Assembly (NCBI GenBank): GCA_018823885.1 | Contig: JAHJHG010000009.1 | Location: 151,751 to 215,750 of the forward strand | Direction of reading: 5' to 3' | Origin: Patescibacteria group bacterium | GTDB lineage: Bacteria > Patescibacteriota > Microgenomatia > UBA8517 | Length of the DNA: 64,000 nt | Part shown: piece by piece, positions 9,238 through 19,452 of the stretch | How positions within the stretch are numbered: position 1 is the stretch's first letter | How the letters are laid out: every line of letters begins with the position of its first letter | Notes under the pieces: model-generated | Told to the model about the DNA's origin: nothing | The model's input: only the letters and a program-made list of their open reading frames with translations | The model's database searches: none | Translations under genes and position numbers: made by a program

Positions 9238-10920
9238 ATGAATACCCAAACTAAAAAATGGGAGGTATTAAACAAATTACCTAAGGGTAAAAAGAAAATT
9301 ACCAGTAATGATATTATTAACACTCTTCTTAAGAGTCGAGGGATAACAACCCCCGAAAAAAGAAAAGAATTCTTCAATCCGGTCCTGCCTGAAAAAATTA
9401 CCTTACGCACCTTGGGACTCAGCAAGGTGGCTGTTGAAAAGGGGATAGCGAGGATAAAGAAGGCCAAAAAGAACAAAGAAAAGATTATTGTCTATGGAGA
9501 TTATGATGCTGATGGCATAACCGGTACAGCTATTCTCTGGGAAACTCTTTTTGCCTTTGATAAAGAAACACTTCCATATATCCCTGACCGGTTTACTGAA
9601 GGATATGGTTTAAATCCCAAAACTATTATTAAGTTAAAAGAGGAATATCCCAATTTAGGATTAATAATCAGTGTTGATAATGGTATTGTGGCCAATAAAG
9701 CGGTCACTAAGGCCAATAAGCTAGGAATGGATGTCATTATTACCGACCATCACAAAAAAGCAAAAACAATTCCTAAAGCACTAGCCATCATTCACACAAC
9801 TGAGATCGGTGGAGCGGCCGTTGCCTGGGTTTTTGCCAGAGAGATTAGGAAAAAACTTCGAATGCCGAAATCTGAGTTTAAAATGGGAGACGGATTGGAT
9901 TTGGCCGCGATAGGAACAATTGCCGATCAAATTTCTTTACTAGGCTCAAATCGTTCTTTTGTGAAATATGGCTTGAGAGCTTTAAACAAAACTATTCGAC
10001 CCGGATTACTTTCTCTTTTTAAAGAAGCAGCTATTAAGAGAGGAGCGATTGGTACTTATACGGTTGGTTTTATTGTTGCCCCAAGAATTAATGCTATGGG
10101 TAGACTTGAACATGCGATGGATGCTTTAAGACTTCTTTGCACAAAAAAAAGAGTTCAAGCAGAAGAGTTTGCTCATTTTTTGGGAAAAACTAACAACGAA
10201 AGACGAAAAATAGTTGATGAAGTAACTATTCATGCAACCGAGGCCGTTAAGGAGACAATGGAAACATCAATCCTTGTTGTTCATGAAAGTTATCATGAGG
10301 GTGTCATTGGGCTTGTTGCTTCCCGTTTAGTGGAAACATTTTACAAACCAACCATTGTCATTTCTCGAGGAAAAGAAATTTCTAAGGCTTCTGCCCGTTC
10401 AATTCCGGGATTTAATATCATTGATGCGATTAGAAACCTGGATAAATTAACCATTGAGGCGGGAGGTCACCCAATGGCGGCTGGGTTTAGTATCAAGACA
10501 AGCAATATAGATAAATTTACTAAGGAATTTGAGAAAGAAACAAAACTTGCGTTAAACGGGGAACTATTAACAAAAAAATTAAAAGTGGACATGGAATTGG
10601 GTTTTGATTTGTTGAGTAAAGAATTAGCGGAGATAATTTCAACTTTTGAACCAACCGGAACAGGGAATTATGCTCCGGTTTTTGCGACCAAAGGAGCAAC
10701 GGTTATTGAAGCAAGGGTTGTCGGCAAAACAGGTACACATCTAAAGTTAAAGTTGCAAGAAAACGACAAGATACTTGATACGATTGCTTTTGGCTTTGGC
10801 CACTTGTCTCCTAAACTTTCTTTGGGAAGCCTTGTTGATGTTGCTTATAATCTAGAAGAAAATGAGTGGAACGGTAGGAAGAGTTTGCAGCTCAATGCAA
10901 GGGATATAAGAATAAAATGA
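9238..10920 (+). CDS. recJ: ssDNA exonuclease RecJ
   Basis: YGDYDADG, DNG, TDHH, PRINAMGRL, GGHPMAAG motifs; AAGGAG RBS before ATG 9238. Confidence 0.96.
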   Translation: MNTQTKKWEVLNKLPKGKKKITSNDIINTLLKSRGITTPEKRKEFFNPVLPEKITLRTLGLSKVAVEKGIARIKKAKKNKEKIIVYGDYDADGITGTAILWETLFAFDKETLPYIPDRFTEGYGLNPKTIIKLKEEYPNLGLIISVDNGIVANKAVTKANKLGMDVIITDHHKKAKTIPKALAIIHTTEIGGAAVAWVFAREIRKKLRMPKSEFKMGDGLDLAAIGTIADQISLLGSNRSFVKYGLRALNKTIRPGLLSLFKEAAIKRGAIGTYTVGFIVAPRINAMGRLEHAMDALRLLCTKKRVQAEEFAHFLGKTNNERRKIVDEVTIHATEAVKETMETSILVVHESYHEGVIGLVASRLVETFYKPTIVISRGKEISKASARSIPGFNIIDAIRNLDKLTIEAGGHPMAAGFSIKTSNIDKFTKEFEKETKLALNGELLTKKLKVDMELGFDLLSKELAEIISTFEPTGTGNYAPVFATKGATVIEARVVGKTGTHLKLKLQENDKILDTIAFGFGHLSPKLSLGSLVDVAYNLEENEWNGRKSLQLNARDIRIK

Positions 10921-12467
10921 ACAGGAAATTAGAAAAAGAATTTCAAGATTTAATAAAAGTTGTTAAAGAGCATGATGAAAAAGCGAATATCGAAAAAATT
11001 AAATTTGCCTGGGAATTTGCCAAGATTGCCCATACGGATCAGAAAAGATTAAGCGGGGAGCCATTTGTAAATCATCCCTTGCAAACTGCCAAAATATTGG
11101 CTGAATGGAGACTCGATTCAACCTCAATTATCGCTGCCCTCCTTCATGACACGATTGAGGATGGGGGAGCCGTCAGAGCAGACATTGTCAAAGAATTTGG
11201 GGAAGAGGTTGCTTTATTGGTAGACGGAGTGACCAAAGTGACTGCTCTTCGTTTGAAGGGGAGTAAGGAGGAAGTGTATACCGAAAACTTAAGGAAACTA
11301 CTGTTGGTGATGGCAAAAGACCTGAGGGTTGTCTTAGTGAAGCTCGCCGATAGGTTCCACAACATGCGGACATTATCAGCTCTTCCTGCAAACAAACAAA
11401 ACGAAAATGCGATAGAAACGTTAGAAATTTACGCACCACTGGCCGAGAGAGTGGGGGTAGGAGAAGTCAAAGGACAACTTGAAGATTTAGCTTTTCCCTT
11501 TGCCTATCCTAAAGAATTTAAGAAGACGATAGAAACCTCAAAGACTCATTATAAGGAAGTGGAGAGTTATATAGGGAAGATGAGAAGAGTCTTGTTGAGG
11601 AAGTTGACCAAAGAAGGCATTAAGGCAAAAATTCACGGTAGGAAGAAACACCTCTACTCATTGTGGAAAAAACTTAATCGTCCAGAGATTAATTGGGACT
11701 TCGATAAAATACATGACGTTGTGGCCATGAGGATTATTGTCAACAGAATTCCTCAATGTTATACGGCCTTGGGGGTTGTCCATGGTACATACAGACCTGT
11801 TCCCAATATTGGGGTTTCGGATTTCATTGCCCAACCAAAACCAAGCGGTTATCGATCAATTCACACAAAAGTGTTTGGTCCGGGAAGAAGAATTGTTGAA
11901 ATTCAAATTAGGACAAACAAAATGCATGAGCAAGCCGAGTTTGGCATTGCTGCCCACTGGGCATACGGAGAAGCGAAGAGTAGAGGAGTGAAAGATGTGA
12001 TATTGGAAGCGATGGGGGTAAGAACAGATGAAAACAAACTTCTTTGGGTTAAGCAACTGATTAATTGGCAGAAAGAAATTACGGACTCGAAAGAATTTTT
12101 AGAGGCAGTTAAATTTGATGCATTTCATCATCGGAATTTTATTTTCTCTCCCATGGGGGATGTTTATGATCTTCCTGATGGTTCCACGCCTGTTGATTTT
12201 GCCTACGCAATCCATTCTGATTTGGGTAGTTACACTAAAGGTGCCAGAGCGGATGGTAAGATGGTCCCGCTTGATTACAAACTAAAAAGCGGACAGGTGG
12301 TTGAAATACTAAAATCAAAAACTCCGAATGTGAATGCAGATTGGCTAGGTTTTGCAGTAACTACAGTAGCTAGACGAGAAATAAAAAAGTTTATTCAAGG
12401 CAAGACGGAGGCTCCAAAGGTTGACGATAATAATAGGCATTTGAGCAACAAGGGTAAAAAAAGGTAG
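10917..12467 (+). CDS. relA: RelA/SpoT (p)ppGpp synthetase/hydrolase (HD-SYN-TGS)
   Basis: LLHDTIED, KLADRFHNMRTL, GYRSIHT, EIQIRT, AAHWAY; TGS motif TPVDFAYAIH. Confidence 0.93.
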   Translation: MNRKLEKEFQDLIKVVKEHDEKANIEKIKFAWEFAKIAHTDQKRLSGEPFVNHPLQTAKILAEWRLDSTSIIAALLHDTIEDGGAVRADIVKEFGEEVALLVDGVTKVTALRLKGSKEEVYTENLRKLLLVMAKDLRVVLVKLADRFHNMRTLSALPANKQNENAIETLEIYAPLAERVGVGEVKGQLEDLAFPFAYPKEFKKTIETSKTHYKEVESYIGKMRRVLLRKLTKEGIKAKIHGRKKHLYSLWKKLNRPEINWDFDKIHDVVAMRIIVNRIPQCYTALGVVHGTYRPVPNIGVSDFIAQPKPSGYRSIHTKVFGPGRRIVEIQIRTNKMHEQAEFGIAAHWAYGEAKSRGVKDVILEAMGVRTDENKLLWVKQLINWQKEITDSKEFLEAVKFDAFHHRNFIFSPMGDVYDLPDGSTPVDFAYAIHSDLGSYTKGARADGKMVPLDYKLKSGQVVEILKSKTPNVNADWLGFAVTTVARREIKKFIQGKTEAPKVDDNNRHLSNKGKKR

Positions 12468-12479
12468 AATCAAGACTAG

Positions 12480-13886
12480 ATGGAAAGAATCTTAATAAAA
12501 GAAACAAAAGAAAAAGTAGGCGAAAAAGTTAAGGTGGTGGGCTGGATCAATAGCATTCGTGATCATGGCAAACTGACTTTTATCGATCTTCGAGACAGAA
12601 CGGGTTTGGTTCAGTTGGTGGGCAAAGAATTACCCAAGATAAGCAATGAAAGTGTTGTAGAAGTAGTCGGTAAGGTCGCTAAGCGTCCTGAGAAGCTGGT
12701 TAACTCGAATCTTGAAACAGGCGGGATTGAAATTCAAATTGAGAAATTTGAAGTAATATCCAAAGCTAAAGAGATACCTATTCCTCTTGATACGGATGGT
12801 TATGATATTGAGGAAGGGACAAGATTAAAATATCGCTACCTCGATCTTAGGCGAGAAAGATTAACGAAAAATATAAGAATAAGAAGTAAGGCCATTAATT
12901 TTATTCGTAACTGGTTAACCGAAAAGGATTTTGTTGATATTGAGACTCCAATTTTTACAAAGACAACTCCTGAAGGAGCCCGTGACTTTTTGGTTCCTTC
13001 TAGACTCCAGCCTGGAAAATTCTATGCATTACCTCAATCTCCTCAACAGTACAAACAACTTTTAATGGTTTCGGGGTTTGAAAAATATTTCCAGATTGCA
13101 CGCTGTTTTAGAGACGAAGATCCTCGAGCGGACAGAGCCTATGGAGAATTTACTCAATTGGATATCGAAATGAGCTTTACCGATCAGGAAGAGATATTAA
13201 AGCTTACAGAGCAACTTTTTACGGATTTAATTAAAAAGGTTTTTCCCGAAAAGAAAATAACCAAGGAACCCTGGCCTCGACTCACTCATGCTGAGGCAAT
13301 TAAAAAATACGGAAATGATAAGCCGGACTTGAGAAAAGATACGAAAGACCCCAACGAGTTGGCTTTTGTTTGGATAGTTGATTTTCCTCTTTTTGTAAAA
13401 CAAGAAAAAGAAGATTTCTATCATGGAATAGGTAAAGCAAAATATGCACCTTCTCATCACATGTTTACCGCTCCTCACCCTGATGATATTTCCATGTTGG
13501 ATAAAGATCCCTTAAAGGTTCGCGGATTACAGCACGATATGGTATTAAACGGACACGAAGTTGGAGGGGGAAGTATTAGGATTCATCAAGCAGAAATACA
13601 AGAAAAAATATTTAAATTGATTGGCTTTGATGACAAGCAAAAGAAGCAATTTGAACATCTTCTTCAAGCTTTTGAATATGGTGTTCCTCCTCATGGTGGA
13701 ATCGCTCCCGGCATTGATAGATTTTTGTACACCGTTTTGGGTGAGCGAAGTCTTAGGGAAGTGATGGCTTTCCCGATGACAGCCGGTGGAACCACGGCCG
13801 TTATGGATGCCCCCAGTCGGGCAGGAGAGGAACAGTTGAAGGAATTGGGAATTAAGGTTACAGAAAGCCGTGACAAGAAAAAATGA
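12480..13886 (+). CDS. aspS: Aspartate--tRNA ligase (short form)
   Basis: RDHGKL, YRYLDLR, TPEGARDF, LPQSPQ, PPHGGIAPGIDR. Confidence 0.95.
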   Translation: MERILIKETKEKVGEKVKVVGWINSIRDHGKLTFIDLRDRTGLVQLVGKELPKISNESVVEVVGKVAKRPEKLVNSNLETGGIEIQIEKFEVISKAKEIPIPLDTDGYDIEEGTRLKYRYLDLRRERLTKNIRIRSKAINFIRNWLTEKDFVDIETPIFTKTTPEGARDFLVPSRLQPGKFYALPQSPQQYKQLLMVSGFEKYFQIARCFRDEDPRADRAYGEFTQLDIEMSFTDQEEILKLTEQLFTDLIKKVFPEKKITKEPWPRLTHAEAIKKYGNDKPDLRKDTKDPNELAFVWIVDFPLFVKQEKEDFYHGIGKAKYAPSHHMFTAPHPDDISMLDKDPLKVRGLQHDMVLNGHEVGGGSIRIHQAEIQEKIFKLIGFDDKQKKQFEHLLQAFEYGVPPHGGIAPGIDRFLYTVLGERSLREVMAFPMTAGGTTAVMDAPSRAGEEQLKELGIKVTESRDKKK

Positions 13887-14833
13887 AATCTCTTCTAGGT
13901 GGAAATCGTAATCTATTATTTTTGTCTCTATTTTCATTTGTTTTTATAGCATCAAGCGCACTTGCTATTTCAAAAGGACAGGAAATATATTTGGAGAAGA
14001 AAGCAACTGTTTCAAAATCCTTTACCCCAATCCCTGTTTTGTCTGAAGAAGCAGGCTTTCCGGTTCTTTCCGCCCAGGCGGCTTTAGCAATTGATATTGG
14101 TTCGGGAATAACTCTTTATGAAAAGAATCCGGAAAAACCTTTACTTCCGGCTTCTACTACAAAAATTGTTACGGCCCTTGTCGCTATGGATTATTATCCA
14201 ATGGATACGATTATCAAGGTAGGCAGAGTAAATATTGAAGGGCAGAAAATGGGTCTGGTTCAAGGAGAAGAGATAACAGTCCAAGATTTGCTTTATGGTC
14301 TTCTGATTTACAGCGCCAATGATGCGGCAGAAGTTTTGGCGGTCAACTTTCCGGGCGGAAGAGAAATGTTTATCACAGCCATGAATTTAAAGGCAAGTCA
14401 GTTACATTTGGAAAATACTTCTTTTTCAAATCCCTCAGGGCTTGACGGAAACGGGCATCACTCAACGGCAAAGGATTTAATTAGAGTGGCGGAAGTGGCT
14501 ATGAGAAAACCCGCATTTCGGGAGATAGTGGCTATCAGAGAAAAAGAGGTTGCCAGTGTTGACGGAAAAATAAAACACAAACTAGTAAATATAAATGAGT
14601 TGTTGGGAAAAGTTGAAGGGGTTTTGGGAGTAAAAACAGGCTGGACGGAAAGCGCCAGAGAAAACTTGGTTACTTACATTGAGAGGGATGGGAAGAAAAT
14701 CATGATTGTTTTGCTTTCAAGCCAAGACAGGTTTGGAGAAACAGAAGAGCTTATCAACTGGATATTTGAAAATTATGAATGGCAGGAAGTGAAACTGTCT
14801 TTTGAAGAAATTATTCTCCGTAGTAATCACTAG
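13883..14833 (+). CDS. D-alanyl-D-alanine carboxypeptidase (S11 family)
   Basis: SxxK (STTK), SxN (SAN) and KTG triad; N-terminal signal/anchor. Confidence 0.9.
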   Translation: MKSLLGGNRNLLFLSLFSFVFIASSALAISKGQEIYLEKKATVSKSFTPIPVLSEEAGFPVLSAQAALAIDIGSGITLYEKNPEKPLLPASTTKIVTALVAMDYYPMDTIIKVGRVNIEGQKMGLVQGEEITVQDLLYGLLIYSANDAAEVLAVNFPGGREMFITAMNLKASQLHLENTSFSNPSGLDGNGHHSTAKDLIRVAEVAMRKPAFREIVAIREKEVASVDGKIKHKLVNINELLGKVEGVLGVKTGWTESARENLVTYIERDGKKIMIVLLSSQDRFGETEELINWIFENYEWQEVKLSFEEIILRSNH

Positions 14834-15857
14834 TCACTGCCGGTACGTAAGCTGAGAATCCTCTGTCTCCCTCAAAGACGATGATTGGTTGGTAAAATTC
14901 TGCTGAGACTCCCCCATCATAATAGGCGAGATAGACACGTCTGATAACAATATTGCTTTCGTTATCGACGCCTTGACTGGCAATAAATGCATTTCCAGCT
15001 TTAAGTTCTTCCCAGGCGGATTCGGCGAGTTTGATGGGATAAGTTGCGGATTTATCTTCGTCTACTGGGAAGTAATGAAATTCAGAGGCAATAATTTGTT
15101 TTTCCCGTTCTCTCGATCCGCTAACCATAAACCAAGTGTTGGCTTGACTCGGATTTGGTGTAAGGCTGGGGAAATTATCATAACTTTTTCTAAAAAGGTA
15201 GACCTTAACCAAGTCAGCTTCGGAAAGTGAAACTGCGTTGGCGAAACTTCCCTCCTCTATTTTAAGGAATTGGTGAGTGGTCGGGCCGGTTAAATCTACT
15301 GGCAAAAGGTTTGCAGAAGAAAGATATGACCTAATTTGAGATGCGGCTATTTCAGGTGAAGGCGGTCTTTGCTCTATTGGAGAAGAATCTTTAGATAAAT
15401 CATAACTAATAGAGAAAATGCCATTAATAATGTTCATATCTAAAGTTGAAGGTGCTCTTTGATGTTTAAAACGATAGAGTGTTTGGGAAACTTGTTCTCC
15501 GCTAGGGATAAAACCGAGATTAGTCGCTTTATCTTTCGCCAGCTCTAAGTTTAATTGGGTTTGAACAGGTTTTGGCATAAAGTATACCTTGGCCTGAGTT
15601 GAGAGAACGGGAATACTTCCTTCAGGCGTTTCAAGAGTATAACTAGGGTTTCCAGCAACTTCTTTTTTTGGGAAGGGAATCTTTGGTAATTTTCCAAAGG
15701 CAACTGTTGGCGGAGGAGGCGGTTCTGGGAAGAAGTGTCGATAAACACTAATACTTGTAGAGAGGGCAATTTTTCCGATAATTAAGGCAATCACCCCATA
15801 AAGGCCGTATCTTATTATTTTCCTGGTCATAATTGCAGTTTGAGTCAATGAGGCCAT
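14811..15857 (-). CDS. Hypothetical membrane-anchored protein
   Basis: 348-aa ORF with N-terminal TM segment and poly-Pro linker. Confidence 0.8.
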   Translation of the reverse strand: MASLTQTAIMTRKIIRYGLYGVIALIIGKIALSTSISVYRHFFPEPPPPPTVAFGKLPKIPFPKKEVAGNPSYTLETPEGSIPVLSTQAKVYFMPKPVQTQLNLELAKDKATNLGFIPSGEQVSQTLYRFKHQRAPSTLDMNIINGIFSISYDLSKDSSPIEQRPPSPEIAASQIRSYLSSANLLPVDLTGPTTHQFLKIEEGSFANAVSLSEADLVKVYLFRKSYDNFPSLTPNPSQANTWFMVSGSREREKQIIASEFHYFPVDEDKSATYPIKLAESAWEELKAGNAFIASQGVDNESNIVIRRVYLAYYDGGVSAEFYQPIIVFEGDRGFSAYVPAVTSDYYGE

Positions 15858-15933
15858 TTTTAGTTTTTCCAGCTGTTTTTGCTTGTTAGGCTGCTTTGAG
15901 TATAGACTTTGTAGGTGGTAGAATTCAATTACA

Positions 15934-17223
15934 ATGGTGGCTTCTGAGGGTAAAAAAGTAAGAGTTAGGATTGCACCTTCTCCAACGGGATTTGCTCATG
16001 TGGGAACTGCCTATGCCGCTCTTTTTAATTACGCTTTTGCGAAAAACAAGGGTGGGAAATTTATTATCAGGCTCGAGGATACAGACGTAAAACGACATGT
16101 TAAAGACGCCGAGCAGGCCATTTACGATGGTCTTGCCTGGCTGGGTTTCTCTTGGGACGAAGGACCGGATAAAGGTGGGGAGTATGCCCCATATAAACAG
16201 TCGGAGAGGCTAGAGATATATAAAGAGAAAGCAAAAGAGTTACTAGAGAAAGGTAAGGCTTACGAGGAAGATGGCGCCATTAGGTTTAAGAACCCTGGAG
16301 ATGATGTTGGTTGGAAGGATATTGTGAGAGGAGATATAAATTTCCCAGGCGGTGAAGTAACCGATTTTGTCATTATGAAGTCCGATGGTTTCCCTACTTA
16401 TAACTTTGCGGTAGTAATAGATGATTTATTAATGAAAATAACCCATGTTATCCGGGGAGAAGAACACATTTCCAATACTCCCAGGCAACTTGCGCTTTAC
16501 AAAGCCTTGAATGAGAAAGCGCCGGAGTTTGCTCATCTGCCCACACTGAGAAACAAAGAAAGAAAAAAACTTTCTAAAAGAAAAGACCCTGTCGATTTAA
16601 GGATCTACCAAAAGGAAGGATATTTGCCGGAAGCATTAGTTAATTTCTTGTGTCTTCTCGGCTGGTCTCATCCGAAAGAAAAAGAAATATTTTCATTGAG
16701 TGAATTTGTTAAATCCTTCAGTTTGGAAAGGGTAAGAAAGGCGGGGCCAATCTTTGATAAAGATAAACTAGATTGGATAAATGGAGAATATTTAAGAAAA
16801 CTAGATGATTCAGAACTTGTAGATAAGATTTGGGAATTTTATAACGGAAAATATTCAAAAGGAGAAATTGCAAAAATAGTTCCACTCATTAAAGAAAGAA
16901 TTAAAACTTTTTCCGAGCTAGAAACATTGGCCGGATTTTTCTTTGAAGAGCAGAAGGTTGACAAAGAATTATTTGGTAAAGGTTATAAGGAACATATTGA
17001 CAAGGCCGTTGAAACATTGGAGAAAGTTGATGAGTGGAGTAAAGAAAATATCGACAAAATGCTTTTGGCTAATGTTAAGAAAAATAATTTTAAGACAGGG
17101 AACTTTTTTATGGATTTAAGAATTGCGATTACGGGAAAGAAATTTACACCACCGATTAATGATTCAATTGTCATCCTTGGGAAAGAAGAAACATTAAAGA
17201 GACTAAAGAAATATAATAAATAA
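15934..17223 (+). CDS. gltX: Glutamate--tRNA ligase
   Basis: RIAPSPTG, HVGT (HIGH-like), RGEEH, KLSKR; the Zn-knuckle region looks deleted. Confidence 0.95.
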   Translation: MVASEGKKVRVRIAPSPTGFAHVGTAYAALFNYAFAKNKGGKFIIRLEDTDVKRHVKDAEQAIYDGLAWLGFSWDEGPDKGGEYAPYKQSERLEIYKEKAKELLEKGKAYEEDGAIRFKNPGDDVGWKDIVRGDINFPGGEVTDFVIMKSDGFPTYNFAVVIDDLLMKITHVIRGEEHISNTPRQLALYKALNEKAPEFAHLPTLRNKERKKLSKRKDPVDLRIYQKEGYLPEALVNFLCLLGWSHPKEKEIFSLSEFVKSFSLERVRKAGPIFDKDKLDWINGEYLRKLDDSELVDKIWEFYNGKYSKGEIAKIVPLIKERIKTFSELETLAGFFFEEQKVDKELFGKGYKEHIDKAVETLEKVDEWSKENIDKMLLANVKKNNFKTGNFFMDLRIAITGKKFTPPINDSIVILGKEETLKRLKKYNK

Positions 17224-17224
17224 T

Positions 17225-18190
17225 ATGGGAAAACCTGCCTCTAAAAAAACAAAGAAAAAAATATCTTCTGAGGATCTGCGACAAAAACTAAAACTTAAAC
17301 ATTTAGAGACTAAAAGAAAGTTTTCAGAAAAATATCCTGATGTAGAAAAGTTTTTCGAAGACAAAGGGATTAAATTAGAAGATGTTAGAAAGCACTCAGC
17401 TAAAATAATCGGGGCAGGGGCGATAACCGGAACCCTTCTTCTAAACCCTTCCGGAGATCCGCAAATATTACCGACTCCAAATGAAGTAATTGAAAAGCTC
17501 AAAGATCAGGGTAAGGTAGAAGGGGTCGACACTCCGCAGAAATTATTGGTTGATACCCTAGATTCTGTTTTACCAAAGGAAGTACAGTCTTTAACTCGGG
17601 CAGAAGAAAAATTTTTAGAACAGCTTTTTCAAAACATATTGGGTGTTAACACTCGGGCAACACTAGAAGGTGAGCATTTAAATACGACATTTGGTCGCAT
17701 TGGGGCAGAACAGCACTTAAGAAGATACCCAGGAGATGTTCTTCTCAATCATGGCTCAGGGGATGTTCTTACGGAAGGAATTGCTCCCGGTCTTGGTGCT
17801 TGGGGATATTTTGCGCCTACTAAGGCTGCGTTTACCCCGGATTTGGAAGAAACCGAAAGATGGTATGCAGTTGTTCAAACTCTCTATTTACCAGACTGGA
17901 ACACAAGACAGCCATATTTAAGGGATTGGTACAAACACAGAAAGGTATTGATAGTTAATACCGATAATGGCAATGCTGTTATTGCCGCTATCGCCGATTC
18001 TGGGCCGGCCGCGTGGACGGGGAAGCATTATGGAGGCAGTCCTGAGGTAATGGACTACCTTGGCGGGCCAAGGTACAAGAAAGGTCCAGTTATTCTGTTC
18101 TTCGTTGACGATCCGGAAAACAATGTGCCATTAGGTCCAGTGGAATATAATAAATTAAACTTACCAGCAGGTTCATTGCACGAAATATGA
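17225..18190 (+). CDS. Hypothetical protein, possible C-terminal RlpA-like double-psi beta-barrel
   Basis: 321-aa ORF in operon; VLIVNTDNGNAV...IADSGP...GSPEVMDYLG resembles a DPBB domain. Confidence 0.6.
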   Translation: MGKPASKKTKKKISSEDLRQKLKLKHLETKRKFSEKYPDVEKFFEDKGIKLEDVRKHSAKIIGAGAITGTLLLNPSGDPQILPTPNEVIEKLKDQGKVEGVDTPQKLLVDTLDSVLPKEVQSLTRAEEKFLEQLFQNILGVNTRATLEGEHLNTTFGRIGAEQHLRRYPGDVLLNHGSGDVLTEGIAPGLGAWGYFAPTKAAFTPDLEETERWYAVVQTLYLPDWNTRQPYLRDWYKHRKVLIVNTDNGNAVIAAIADSGPAAWTGKHYGGSPEVMDYLGGPRYKKGPVILFFVDDPENNVPLGPVEYNKLNLPAGSLHEI

Positions 18191-18513
18191 GTAAAGTATA
18201 TTACGATCATTTAATTGTTCTTGATGATATCGAGAACAAAATTAAAGATATTGCCGAGACACGAGAAGAAAGAGAAGAACTTTGGCAATTAGTTGATGAC
18301 ATTATTCACCGCCGAGTATTGGCTTGTGTATTAGACAATCTTCCTAAGGGCAATCATGAAGAGTTTCTGGGAATGTTCCACGAAGCTCCGCATAGCTTAA
18401 GCTTGATGGATTACTTAAAAGAAAGAATTAAAGATAATATTGAAGAGTTAATTAAACAAGAAATTGGTGGTTTAGCCACGGAACTTCTAGAGGAACTTCA
18501 AGCAAAAGAGTAG
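18187..18513 (+). CDS. Hypothetical protein
   Basis: 108-aa acidic helical ORF overlapping the upstream stop (ATGA). Confidence 0.8.
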   Translation: MSKVYYDHLIVLDDIENKIKDIAETREEREELWQLVDDIIHRRVLACVLDNLPKGNHEEFLGMFHEAPHSLSLMDYLKERIKDNIEELIKQEIGGLATELLEELQAKE

Positions 18514-18519
18514 TTGTTT

Positions 18520-18839
18520 TTCGAAGGTGGTACTGGGGACTGGCTAGGAATTGGTAAAGTTGTTGTGATGTTGATGCTGGTATCGGTCTCACTTGGATAG
18601 GTCTAGTCGCCGTTGATTGTTTGGAGCAAGGAGGTAGGATTTTTTATTAAACAGCATATGCTGTCCCTCCTCCTGCGCTTTGTTCGGCGATCCACCCACA
18701 CCCTTTACTTGATATTCAATTGTAGGAAACTTTAGACGCCCAAATCGTCATGTCTCCTGCTTTCTCTACAGATAAGCCAGTCCCCACCGGCTGTCAAGCT
18801 TCGAACGAATAAGCAATAATGGTTCGTCAGCCTGACTTC
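18520..18839 (-). ncRNA. Candidate structured ncRNA of unknown family
   Basis: GC-richer intergenic block with nested inverted repeats (12-bp perfect 18534-18545/18775-18786, plus 18554-59/18703-08 and 18607-12/18685-90). Minus-strand promoter TTGTGA-N18-TATTAT at 18875-18846. Confidence 0.55.
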
Positions 18840-18895
18840 TAACTCATAATACCACAGCTAATATATTTTTCACAAGTAGTTGATATACTTTGAAC

Positions 18896-19201
18896 ATGGA
18901 GAGAAATTTTGGGGGAGTAGTTTGGACAAATCATGCCTTGAAAAGATTAACAGAAAGAAATATTTCTCAGGGTGATGCTTGGGCAGCCTTCAGGCGTCCA
19001 GAGCAATCAGAGTATGCGAAAGCAAAAGGTGCCTGGATATATTACAAAACCTATGGGAATCAAAGAATTGAAGTTGTTGCCAAGCAAAATGAAAAAAAAG
19101 AATGGATAATTCTTTCTGTTTGGTCAAGGCAAGTTTTCAAAAAAACAAAAAAAATGGATTCTCTTGCAAAACTGCTTTGGAAGAGAATTTTTAAGAAATA
19201 G
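18896..19201 (+). CDS. DUF4258-like protein
   Basis: WTNHALKRLTERNIS motif; TGATATACT promoter just upstream. Confidence 0.7.
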   Translation: MERNFGGVVWTNHALKRLTERNISQGDAWAAFRRPEQSEYAKAKGAWIYYKTYGNQRIEVVAKQNEKKEWIILSVWSRQVFKKTKKMDSLAKLLWKRIFKK

Positions 19202-19231
19202 CCTTATCTTTGGTATAATAGGGTTCTTCAA

Positions 19232-19302
19232 TGCGGGATGGTGTAATGGTAGCACGCTGCTCTCTGGAAGCAGAGATTGGGGTTCGAGTCCCTGTCCCGC
19301 AG
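19232..19302 (+). tRNA. tRNA-Gln (anticodon CTG), CCA not encoded
   Basis: Acceptor TGCGGGA/TCCCGCA, anticodon arm CTGCT-CTCTGGA-AGCAG, T-loop GTTCGAGTC. Confidence 0.97.
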
Positions 19303-19408
19303 CTAGTTTGGGCACCCTATTGACCCATATGCCTCGAAAAGCCCATGTTTCTCTTCAAAACTATCGATCATACTCCCAAACATTCGTACCACACCCTCAG
19401 CTTCCGGA
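19300..19408 (+). repeat. Conserved element copy B, fused to the tRNA-Gln 3' end
   Basis: CAGC, GGCACCCTA, GACCCA, AAACATTCGTACCACA, CCTCA and TCCGGA all at the same offsets as in 4436-4544. Confidence 0.85.
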
Positions 19409-19452
19409 TTTAATACCCCAATTTCCATTGTTGTGTTAAAATCGGAATAAAT

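Noticed and set aside
9204-9476. Long overlapping N-terminal extensions of cca and recJ in the ORF track
   Set aside because: Promoter, RBS and domain boundaries point to starts at 9203 (-) and 9238 (+).
18520-18839. tmRNA or RNase P RNA
   Set aside because: No T-loop/CCA tRNA-like end, no Ala-ending tag peptide, and no RNase P conserved core in the right order.
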